Assembly (NCBI GenBank): GCA_963774265.1
Contig: CAVZDU010000005.1
Span: 64,001 to 128,000, forward strand
DNA from: an uncultured Chloroflexia bacterium
GTDB taxonomy: Bacteria > Chloroflexota > Anaerolineae > CG2-30-64-16
Direction: 5' to 3'
DNA: 64,000 nucleotides
The notes below the pieces were generated by a model, which did not search any database, was not told the origin of the DNA, and worked only from the letters and a program-made list of their open reading frames with translations. Each line of letters starts with the position of its first letter. Position 1 is the first letter of the stretch. Shown here piece by piece: positions 56,425-64,000 of the stretch. A program made the translations under genes and the position numbers.

Positions 56425-56679
56425 CTAGTCAGCGTCCTTTAGTAACAGGTTAGCGGGCTGCGCGGCCAGCTCCACGCCAATAGCGAAGCAAGCTTCGCCA
56501 TACGCGGCAGCGTAAGCGCTGCCGGCAGCCTCCAGGTCCAGGACCAGGGCGTCATGCTGCGGTGCGACGGTGCGCAGCTTCTCAATCAGGGCGCTGAAGG
56601 CGGCGCTCTCGGCCTGCGCGCGGTCGCTTGCTTGCACGGTTACGACGCCCTCGAAGGCGTCTGCAAAGGTCTTTGTCAT
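56425..56679 (-). CDS. Small hypothetical helical protein
   Basis: MTKTFADAFEG.. with AAAGGA RBS. Confidence 0.6.
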   Translation of the reverse strand: MTKTFADAFEGVVTVQASDRAQAESAAFSALIEKLRTVAPQHDALVLDLEAAGSAYAAAYGEACFAIGVELAAQPANLLLKDAD

Positions 56680-56704
56680 GGTCGGATTTCCTTTCTCGGC
56701 GATT

Positions 56705-57028
56705 CTATTGTCGTGTCTTGCCATTGCGGCGCAGCGACCTGGTCGGCTGCGGGTCATAAAACATGCCTTCAGGCAGCGCGGCCCAGTCGCGCGCCTTGCG
56801 CCAATTGAAGTCAGGATCATGGAACGCGCACGGCTCGAAGGCGCCCGCGCGGCGGCAGTTGCCAGCCGCGTAGGCCGAACAGGTGCAGATATCGCGCAGC
56901 ATGTCAGGTTGCGCGCCGCCATGCGCATAAGCGTTGACCTGCGGGCAAAGTTCTCGTTCGTCCAGCCATGTAACATGATTGCGTTGCACGCCGGGTAGCT
57001 CTTTCCAGGTCACGGTCAAGATAGCCAT
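56705..57028 (-). CDS. Small Cys-rich hypothetical protein
   Basis: MAILTVTWKE.. with GGAGG RBS; C..CTC..C..C..H cluster. Confidence 0.6.
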   Translation of the reverse strand: MAILTVTWKELPGVQRNHVTWLDERELCPQVNAYAHGGAQPDMLRDICTCSAYAAGNCRRAGAFEPCAFHDPDFNWRKARDWAALPEGMFYDPQPTRSLRRNGKTRQ

Positions 57029-57231
57029 TGTCAAAGCCCTCCTTGTGATAGGGCCGGGCATTATGGTATGATGTGCCCGGCGTATGGTTCTGCCATTGCC
57101 GACCGGCTCGGCGTGCGTGTCAGCGCTCGCCGGGCCTCTTCTTTCCTTGGTCTCTCGCTGTGCCCTCCTTCCCCTGCTCTATCGTGTCTTGCTTATGGTC
57201 GAAGCTGCCGACCTGTAAGCATGTAAGCAAG

Positions 57232-58042
57232 TTAGTTAGTAACGTCTCGGCCCATGACGTGCCGGCGCAAGATGGGCGTCGCTTGCGCGGGCGTCATGGT
57301 CAGTTGCCAGCCCAGGCGCCGGCGCTCAGGATCGCGCCATGCGGCGACGCCCAGGTCGATCAAGATATCGCGCTTCTTGGCGAAGGCGGCGCGCGCTGCC
57401 GGCGCGGGCGGGATGCCTTGCGCGCTCTCGGACGTGCCGACATTCGCGCACTTGGTCACGAAGGCCAGCAGGTCGACCAGTTCGGCCTGCGCTGCGTTTG
57501 CCTTCTGGATGCGGCCGGCCGTCGCGGGCTTCGCTTGGATTGACCAGCACGGGCGCGGCGTTGACGGTCGGCCTGCCGACATAGCGGTCGCCGTCCAGGT
57601 CGCGCTGCGTGATAGTTTCGATCTGCCATAGCAGGGCGTCGGCCAGGCGCAGGCGCCATAGCCAGGCCAGCGCCAGGACCACGGCGAAGACGATCACGGG
57701 CACGCGCCAGGACCAGCCGGCCGCCCAGGCCAGCAGGCCGGCCATGACGCCGAAGGCGCAGGACGTCAGGAAGGCTTGCGCTGCCGGCACTTGGACGTCA
57801 CTTTCCCAGGTCACGGCGCGCTGCGCCTTCCTGGTCTCGTATTGCGCGACGGATTCGTCTTCCTGGTGCGCTTGCGGCAGGTGTAGCTGGATCACGGGTG
57901 CCGGCAGGCGCGGCCTCCAGCCTTCAGGCGGCCTCACGTCTTCAGGCAGCGCCGGCAGCAGCTCGCCTTCGATCTCTTGGCGGCTCAGGTTGCGCTGCGT
58001 GTAATGCGCCGGTATTGTGTCGATCAATCGCCTAGTTGCCAT
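57232..58042 (-). CDS. Hypothetical membrane protein, frameshift near 57520
   Basis: Two TM helices in ORF 57326-58042; continues in ORF 57232-57582. Confidence 0.6.
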
Positions 58043-58222
58043 GCTGTGTATCTTCCAAAAACAAACGCCGGTCGGCTCGGCTGATATGTCGCCAAGCTGA
58101 CCGGCGTAAGTTGCACGGCTGCGCTGTAATGGTAGAATCGTTATAACCGTGTCGCCGGTAGCTTCGGCGGTTGCGGCCAGGGCCGCGCAGGTGTTAGTAG
58201 CACTTGCGCGGTCTGCTTTTCG

Positions 58223-58402
58223 TCAGTCTTCGGTCGCTTCTCCTTGATACTTCGGTAACTCGATCTCGCCATTGGTCCAGGCGCTCAGCAGCCGGCGCAA
58301 GACTTGCGCCAGCGTGATATCTTCGGCCTGCGCCTTCTTCTCGGCTCGGTCGAAGAGTTCCTGCGGTAGTCTGAAGCGAAAGCTCTTATCCTTCGGTATC
58401 AT
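58223..58402 (-). CDS. Ribbon-helix-helix (CopG/Arc-like) regulator
   Basis: KSFRFRLPQELFDRAEKKAQAEDITLAQVLRRLL alternating beta-strand plus two helices; own promoter. Confidence 0.75.
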   Translation of the reverse strand: MIPKDKSFRFRLPQELFDRAEKKAQAEDITLAQVLRRLLSAWTNGEIELPKYQGEATED

Positions 58403-58427
58403 GTGTCCCTCATGTGTCACTGAAGGG

Positions 58428-58456
58428 ACTATAACCCAAGGCGACACAGGTGTCAA
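58428..58456 (-). promoter_or_regulatory. Promoter of RHH gene with GTGTC/GACAC boxes
   Basis: Minus strand TTGACA-17bp-TATAGT; TGTGTC at 58402 and 58413, GACACA at 58443, GTGTC at 58450. Confidence 0.65.
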
Positions 58457-58542
58457 ATTGGCGAAGTGCCGCGCAAGTCGGTTGTCAAGGTGCGTAACTG
58501 GCATTATCCCTAGTGATAATGCCAGTTATAAGAAGTTATAGC

Positions 58543-58791
58543 CTACTCGGTCCGACCGACGCGCAGCCGACCGTGCTGCTCGATCTCGCAGATCGCCGAC
58601 GCCATGACTGCCGCGCTCATGCTGCGCCAGGCGACTTCTGACAGTTGGCCTTGACTGTGGCGCATGGCTGCGTCGTGTAGCTTGGCCCATTCGATGACGT
58701 CCAGCGCGGCCAGCACTTCTAACGTCAGCTCTTCAACTTGCTGCGCCAGGGTGGGCTTGATCGCGGCGCGACGCGTCGTGACGTCAGCCAT
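58543..58791 (-). CDS. Small hypothetical protein
   Basis: 82-aa ORF co-oriented with element genes. Confidence 0.45.
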   Translation of the reverse strand: MADVTTRRAAIKPTLAQQVEELTLEVLAALDVIEWAKLHDAAMRHSQGQLSEVAWRSMSAAVMASAICEIEQHGRLRVGRTE

Positions 58792-58871
58792 GCGGGCCGC
58801 GGTCGCAAACGAAAGTTCGCCGCGCTGTTACGTTCTCGCCCATTTTCGCACCTTTCCCCCGCGCGGGAGGG

Positions 58872-59336
58872 TTAGAAACCGTTTATCGCCAGGTCGTCAA
58901 AATCTCTGCCATACGTCCGTTGACACCACAGCTCAATGAGCGGTGCGTTTTCGTCTGCCCATGCGTTGGCCTCGCGTTCCTGTTGTGCGTTGACACTTGC
59001 CGCCTTCGCATTACTGCGCGCCGCACTCGCAGGCCCAAGTTGCGCGTCAAGTTCGGCTATCCGCGCGACACGTTCGGCTTGTTCCCGTTCGGAGATGTGC
59101 CGCCGCGCGCAATGGCCTAGCTTGATGTGCGCGATTTCATGACTCAACGCCCAAAGCAAGCTGGGCTTGCTGGGGTCGCCATGTATCGCGATGCGCGGGT
59201 CAATCACGATGTGCCAGGCGCGTTCACCTTCGCCCATGCGCGCGCACGCCAGCCCGCCAGGCTCGTACGCCGGGTAGACAATGCACCGTTCACCGCACAT
59301 TTTCGATGCTACACGCGCCAAGAAAAAGACGTTCAT
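58872..59336 (-). CDS. HEXXH zinc metallopeptidase (ImmA/IrrE- or M48-like)
   Basis: ALSHEIAHIKLGH and downstream EREANAWA; start coupled (TAATG) to upstream gene. Confidence 0.7.
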   Translation of the reverse strand: MNVFFLARVASKMCGERCIVYPAYEPGGLACARMGEGERAWHIVIDPRIAIHGDPSKPSLLWALSHEIAHIKLGHCARRHISEREQAERVARIAELDAQLGPASAARSNAKAASVNAQQEREANAWADENAPLIELWCQRTYGRDFDDLAINGF

Positions 59337-59947
59337 TACCCCGCCTCTCTCTCTGATTCCAGGTCGTTGACCGTCAGGGTGGTTGCCAACGCGCACGCTT
59401 GGGAGACGATCACGAAGGTAAGTTGTGCCTCTTCCACCACGCGCCGCGCCTCTTCCCGTAGGGTGTCGCGAGACTCACCCGCAGCCTGCTTTTGCTCCGC
59501 CGCGAATGGCGCGATACTTTGCCGCGCACGTTCTAGCGCGGCGTTAGCTGCCACGTTCGCGCGTGTCTCAAAGCGCCGTAAGAACGGGATACGCGTTTCC
59601 AGTTCCGCGCGCCGCTGTAGCCAAGCGTCAAGTTGCGCCTCTTCCGTCGGCTCGTGCTCCAAATGCGCGGCCAGCGCCCGCGTCGCTTCAAGCACTACGC
59701 CATGCAACCGCGCTTGCTCTGCGGCCGTCGCGCGCACATCGTCAGCCAGGGCTTGCGGGACAAGCGCAACAAGTTCCGCCTTGATTTCCGAAACCCGCTC
59801 GACCGTGGGGCGCAGCGCTTCAGCCCGGCGTTCCGCATCGGCGTGGGCAACTGCGATATTTGCCGCGTCGATTGTCGCTTGCCGGTCCTCTGTCATGGGT
59901 TCCAACCCAATCCAACCCGACCACCTTGAGAAAAATCCGCCTGTCAT
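59336..59947 (-). CDS. Hypothetical coiled-coil protein
   Basis: 203-aa Ala/Glu/Arg-rich helical ORF with AAAGGA RBS. Confidence 0.65.
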   Translation of the reverse strand: MTGGFFSRWSGWIGLEPMTEDRQATIDAANIAVAHADAERRAEALRPTVERVSEIKAELVALVPQALADDVRATAAEQARLHGVVLEATRALAAHLEHEPTEEAQLDAWLQRRAELETRIPFLRRFETRANVAANAALERARQSIAPFAAEQKQAAGESRDTLREEARRVVEEAQLTFVIVSQACALATTLTVNDLESEREAG

Positions 59948-59992
59948 GCTGTGTTCCTTTCTGCCCGCTTAGGGCTGCCATTTGCTAACAAA

Positions 59993-60583
59993 CTAGAAGG
60001 TGATAAATGCGAATAGCTTCCTGCTGTCTGGCACGCGCTCGGCATACCAGCAGGCAAGCGCTGCGCTCAGGACGAGATCGTCGTGTACGCCCTCGCGCCA
60101 GGCAGCATAGCTGTCATGGGCCGTTTGCGGGTCGATCTTGACCTTGAAGTTTAGAAGCTCGGTTATCATGGTCGGGCCTAAAGCCAGGCCGTCAGCGACC
60201 TTCAGCCGGCCAGTCTGCAAGACGGTCAGCAGGCCGAAGACTAGATCGCGCTTCGGCACGCGCCAATGACCGGCTTCGCAGACGGGCTTGTCGCCGCCCG
60301 TAATGGTTACGGGTGCGACGGCCAGCTGCGCCTGGTGCAGCAGGTCGACCACGGGCGCGCCTACGCCGGTCGCATCCGCGACGATGATGTAACGCCCGTC
60401 GATCTCTGGACCTTCGACCAGCTCTTTGACGCGCGCGACGATGGCCGGGTATGGCGTGCCTAACTTCGGGCGTTCGATATGCCGCAAGGCGTAGGTTATC
60501 GGCTCGGTCTCCAGGCGCTCGATCACGGTTATAGCCGTGTAGTCGGTCGCTTGGCCCAGGTCCAGCCCGACAAAGTATGTCAT
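59993..60583 (-). CDS. Terminase large subunit nuclease (RNase H-like) domain as a separate gene
   Basis: VGLDLGQATDYTAI, ADATGVGAPV, HDDLVLSAALA; GGAGG RBS 6 nt before ATG 60583. Confidence 0.85.
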   Translation of the reverse strand: MTYFVGLDLGQATDYTAITVIERLETEPITYALRHIERPKLGTPYPAIVARVKELVEGPEIDGRYIIVADATGVGAPVVDLLHQAQLAVAPVTITGGDKPVCEAGHWRVPKRDLVFGLLTVLQTGRLKVADGLALGPTMITELLNFKVKIDPQTAHDSYAAWREGVHDDLVLSAALACWYAERVPDSRKLFAFITF

Positions 60584-60585
60584 AT

Positions 60586-61336
60586 TCAACCTCCGAATAG
60601 CGGCTTGACGTCTGCCGTAATGCTCGACATGACTAGGTCATAGCCGAAGACCTGGTCGACGGTTTCGACAAATTCGCAAAGGTATTCTTGGCGATACCAG
60701 AAGTCGCCAAGCGCGGCGCGCTCTTCTGCCAGGAAGGCCGGCGCGATCGCGCGGGCAGTCGTGCGCTGTGACCTTGACACGCTGCCAGCCGGCGCCGCCA
60801 TTGGTCCAGGTATCGAAGTACCAGCCGCGCTTGCCGAAGGGCGTGCTCAGGCCGACCAGCCGCCCGCCCGATACGGCCAGCATGGGCCGCACGCTGAAGT
60901 ATAGGTCGTCGGGTACGCGCGCGGCTTCGTCCAGGACCAGTAGATTGACGCCACTGTAGCCGCGGATCGTCTCTTCCTTGCCCGGCAGCGATACGATGCG
61001 GCTGCCGTTCTTCAGGTGCAGCGCCAGGGCGCTCTCTGCGGCGCTAGGTGCTTCTGTGGCGAATTGCGCGTAGAATGACATGACCTTGCGGAAAAGCTCG
61101 CCAGACTGGCGCAGCGACGGCGACAGCAGTAAGACCAGCGCAGGCGGGCGATAGATTGCTTCCCACAAGGCCGCGCAGGCGGTCACGGTTGACTTGCCGG
61201 CCTGCCGGGTGCATAACAGCAGCGACCGCGGCGCTCGGCTGCGCAGTAGATCACGCTGCCATTGGTCGGGGTCCAGGCCGGCGCGGGCCATGACCAGCGA
61301 TGGGTCAAGCGCGACGGCCAGGTCGTCAGTCAACAT
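60586..61336 (-). CDS. Terminase large subunit ATPase domain; one frameshift near 60750
   Basis: PDQWQ, CTRQAGKST Walker A, LLVLDEAA Walker B, LSTPFG coupling motif, YRQEYLCEF. Confidence 0.88.
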
Positions 61337-61811
61337 TGCGCAGCGCCTCCGCGACGGCGATACGGGCGTCAGGGTACGGCGCCAGCGCGTCAAGGATCAC
61401 GCCGCGCACGCGCTGCCAGTCGGGCGACTGGACCAGCACGGCGACTTGCACGCGCTCGGCCTCCAGTTCTCCGACGATGCGCCCGACCAGCTCCAGGTTC
61501 TGCCGCGCTTGGCTGACAGCTTGCAGCGCGGTGCGCAGGTCTTGCGCCTCGTAAGCGATTTTCAGTATGTTCATGGTGACGATCTGCAAGCGCTTCATTT
61601 GCGCCAGCAGATCATCGGCCTGCGCGACCTCGCGCGCTTCCTGCGCCTTCGCCAGCGCCGCGGGAAGGTGCTTCTCTTTGTGCCGGCGCAGCGACGTCTC
61701 GATAACGTCGTATAGCGTCGCAATCTCGCGATTTGAGACGCTACCGGCAGCCAGCGCACGGTCGATAGCTTCGCGCTGCGGGTGGGTGCAGATCGTGCAA
61801 GGTCGCGTCAT
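61326..61811 (-). CDS. Putative terminase small subunit (N-terminal CxxC/HTH, helical C-terminus)
   Basis: CTICTHPQREAIDRAL..SNREIATLYDV..SLRRH; overlaps the TerL ATPase start. Confidence 0.65.
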   Translation of the reverse strand: MTRPCTICTHPQREAIDRALAAGSVSNREIATLYDVIETSLRRHKEKHLPAALAKAQEAREVAQADDLLAQMKRLQIVTMNILKIAYEAQDLRTALQAVSQARQNLELVGRIVGELEAERVQVAVLVQSPDWQRVRGVILDALAPYPDARIAVAEALRNVD

Positions 61812-61825
61812 TTTCGTTGCCTCAT

Positions 61826-62146
61826 TTATTCGTCTTCGACCAGCCAGTCGGGCGCCATGCCGGCGAAGGGGTTAGACTCTGCGTCGGGCTTGTGCGCGCC
61901 ATACCTGCGCAGGTGCTTCGCCAGGTTCTCCTGGAGGGCGTACAGTAGCAGCCAGGCGTTATGCGGCGTCATGATGATGCGGGCGTCGACCTGGACCGTC
62001 AACGGGCTAGGCAGCAGCTTGGCGAAGTCGATCACAATCTCAGACTCAGCATGGCTGATAATCGCGTGATTGCTGTAAACCGGCTCCAGCTTCGCAGGTA
62101 GCCAGACGGCGACCTGCGGGGCGCTGCGCTTCTTATGCTTGCTCAT
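61826..62146 (-). CDS. DUF3467-like protein
   Basis: VYSNHAIISH..EIVIDF..ARIIMTP..LLYALQENL pattern. Confidence 0.75.
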   Translation of the reverse strand: MSKHKKRSAPQVAVWLPAKLEPVYSNHAIISHAESEIVIDFAKLLPSPLTVQVDARIIMTPHNAWLLLYALQENLAKHLRRYGAHKPDAESNPFAGMAPDWLVEDE

Positions 62147-62168
62147 ATCTTCGATCTCCTGTGCTTGG

Positions 62169-62200
62169 GCCGGCCTGCGACCTCTTGTCAGCAGGCCGGC
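62169..62200. other. Intergenic hairpin
   Basis: GCCGGCCTGC..GCAGGCCGGC. Confidence 0.55.
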
Positions 62201-62212
62201 GCAGGTGTATGC

Positions 62213-62743
62213 TTAGGCCAGGTCTTCGTCAGTCGGGCCTGGATCGGCTAGGTCGTCGTCACTCAGTTCGGGCCAGCCGGGCGGCTCGGCGTGCGAAGTC
62301 TGCGCTACGGTCGCCCGCGGTTGCATCGCGGGCGGCTGCGCGTCTGGCGCTGGCTGTGCCCTTCTGGTCGGCAGCGCGGCGCGGACCGGCAGCACATCTT
62401 TGACCTTGTTATAGGTCTCGCCGTCGCTGCCGCGCTCGGTGCTGACGACGATCTGGACGCGCTTGTCCAACAGGTCGTCGCTGTCGAAGGTGTAGTCGTC
62501 GGGAATGGCACGCCCGCCAAAGATCGCGGCCTTGGCCCAGGCCCATAGCTTCGCCTTGGGTGACAGCTTGCAGGACGTCCAGCCGGTCAGCGACCGATCG
62601 CTGAAGTCAGGGTCCAGCAGGTCGAAGCGGATCTTAAGCTGACTACCGAATTGCCCTTCGGCCTGCTCTACGTTGCCGACCTGCGCCATATAGACGCCAG
62701 CCGGGATAGGTTCATACTTCGTCTGTTCAATTTTGATTCCCAT
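62213..62743 (-). CDS. Phage-type OB-fold ssDNA-binding-like protein (DUF669-like)
   Basis: YEPIPAGVYMAQV..LKIRF..DDLLDKRVQIVV..YNKV, Pro/Ala linker and acidic tail. Confidence 0.65.
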   Translation of the reverse strand: MGIKIEQTKYEPIPAGVYMAQVGNVEQAEGQFGSQLKIRFDLLDPDFSDRSLTGWTSCKLSPKAKLWAWAKAAIFGGRAIPDDYTFDSDDLLDKRVQIVVSTERGSDGETYNKVKDVLPVRAALPTRRAQPAPDAQPPAMQPRATVAQTSHAEPPGWPELSDDDLADPGPTDEDLA

Positions 62744-62788
62744 TGCGATTGCTCCTAAGTGTGCTGTGTGCCTTGCGGCTTTGGGTTG

Positions 62789-62852
62789 CGTCTGCGTGTG
62801 TGCGGTCCAGGCACGTCTGCGTTTGTGCGGTCCAGGCACGTCTGCGTTTGTG
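62789..62852. repeat. 25-bp tandem repeat x2.5
   Basis: CGTCTGCGTKTGTGCGGTCCAGGCA at 62789, 62814, partial at 62839. Confidence 0.9.
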
Positions 62853-62855
62853 TTC

Positions 62856-63206
62856 TCAGGCGGCAGCCTCCAAGTCGGCTACATACAGCGTGCCGGTCGT
62901 CGGGTCGCCCCCGACGATGCGCAGCCCGCGCTCGGCCAGGTACTCGCTCGGCGTGAAGTCCCACGATAACGGGATATGCAGCGGTTGCGCGTTCGGGTCG
63001 CTGCGCCAGGACAGCCGGCGCAGGTAGTCGAGCAGCTCGGCCTTATGCTCGGCCAGGCCGGCGCGCAGATCGTCGTCTATGGCGCCCTTCGGCGCTTCGA
63101 CATACAGTCTCTCGCCGCGCGCGGCAAGCCCGATTTGCCGGCCTTCGCACTCGTTTAGCAGGTCAGATAGCTCTTGATAATGTCGCTTGTAAGAAGGCAT
63201 TGTCAT
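62856..63206 (-). CDS. TubC N-terminal docking-domain-like small protein
   Basis: IGLAARGERLYVEAPKGAIDDDLRAGLAEHKAELLDYL. Confidence 0.6.
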   Translation of the reverse strand: MTMPSYKRHYQELSDLLNECEGRQIGLAARGERLYVEAPKGAIDDDLRAGLAEHKAELLDYLRRLSWRSDPNAQPLHIPLSWDFTPSEYLAERGLRIVGGDPTTGTLYVADLEAAA

Positions 63207-64000
63207 AGCTCGAAGACCTCCACTTCGACAGGCGCGACTACCTGGTCGTCAGTCTGTGCCGTTATGCCGTCGCTGCCGTTTGTGCCGTTAATATAGAGAG
63301 TATCGCCTTGGGTCTTCTCCAGTTCTTCAGGTATCGGCAGCCCATAGGCGACCAGCCAGCCGACAAGGTCGGCCGCGCTGATATGCCAGCCCTTCGCTTT
63401 CGACGTGCGCTCGGCCTTCAGGCGCATCTTGCCCAGGACGCGACCGACGCGGCGCGACGTTACGCTATCCGGGTCCATGTCGGCCTCGATTTCCTCGACT
63501 ACTTCCTTCGCGGCCTGCGTGATGGCTGAAGTCTTGAAGGTAAATGCCTTCTCGACAGTCTCCTTATTAACGGCACTAATGGCATTGGCGGCATAACGGC
63601 ACAAGGCGCGAATGACGATGGCGGTCAGGTCGCCGATCTCCAGATCGACGCGCTCTTCCTGGTAGGCTAGGCTCAGGGCTTCGATGCGGTCCCATAAGCC
63701 GGCTGTGCCGTTATCGTCCAGCCATAAGGCGACGGCCAGGATCGCGCGCCAAGGCTCCAGGTTGCGACCAGTCAGGCGGCCGCGCTCGTTAACCAGCGTC
63801 TCATAGCGCGGCAGCTCAGGCAGCCGGCTCAGGCCCAAGGCCCATAGATCGTCAAGTAAGCTGCGCCGGTCGTGCGGCCATAGCTCATAGTCCAGCGGGT
63901 CAGCGTTCGCCCGGTAGCGGTCGGGTGTGCGGATTAACGGCACGATGATTGTGCGGCTTGCCAGGATTGCGTCGGGTAGCTTAGTTGCGCTGAAGAGACG
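63203..64000 (-). CDS. C-terminal part of a primase/helicase-like replication protein (DUF3631-like), truncated by window edge
   Basis: LPDAILASRTIIVPL, GRNLEPWRAILAVA, winged-helix-like TSRRVGRVLGKM..KGW. Confidence 0.6.
   Translation of the reverse strand, partial: RLFSATKLPDAILASRTIIVPLIRTPDRYRANADPLDYELWPHDRRSLLDDLWALGLSRLPELPRYETLVNERGRLTGRNLEPWRAILAVALWLDDNGTAGLWDRIEALSLAYQEERVDLEIGDLTAIVIRALCRYAANAISAVNKETVEKAFTFKTSAITQAAKEVVEEIEADMDPDSVTSRRVGRVLGKMRLKAERTSKAKGWHISAADLVGWLVAYGLPIPEELEKTQGDTLYINGTNGSDGITAQTDDQVVAPVEVEVFEL

Larger units (their letters stand above)
54797..64000 (-). mobile_element. Integrated phage-satellite/prophage-like element (continues beyond window)
   Basis: Serine integrase at boundary; all genes on minus strand; terminase, primase-like and small ORFs; interrupts T-box; boundary position approximate. 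Confidence 0.85.

Noticed and set aside
62789-62852. Mini-CRISPR
   Set aside because: Units are contiguous with no spacers.

Overview
GC-rich bacterial chromosomal window. Gene style suggests Chloroflexota (Anaerolineae/Caldilineae-like); this is an inference. Scattered single-base frameshifts point to a long-read assembly. Left to right it holds: PGM/PMM genes; a stand-alone dnaK with a YugP-like peptidase and two HtrA lipoproteins; a BglII-like type II R-M pair bracketed by REP-like palindromes, one hit by an IS4 element with a 12-bp TSD; a LacI / alpha-glucoside ABC / amylosucrase operon with a tandem two-domain binding protein; a Zn/Mn ABC transporter with a ZIP remnant; radA; a ~19.6-kb giant surface-protein gene flanked by a decayed and an intact pfkB copy; purA-purB, an MFS and a KimA-like permease. 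From ~54,800 to the window end lies an integrated element. It carries a large serine recombinase, an RHH regulator, a HEXXH peptidase, TerS, a natively split TerL, DUF3467, SSB-like and primase-like genes, with no visible capsid or portal. It appears inserted in the terminator region of a host T-box riboswitch, and the integrase ORF reads through the junction antisense to the T-box. This satellite-like element is the strongest candidate for an undescribed system.
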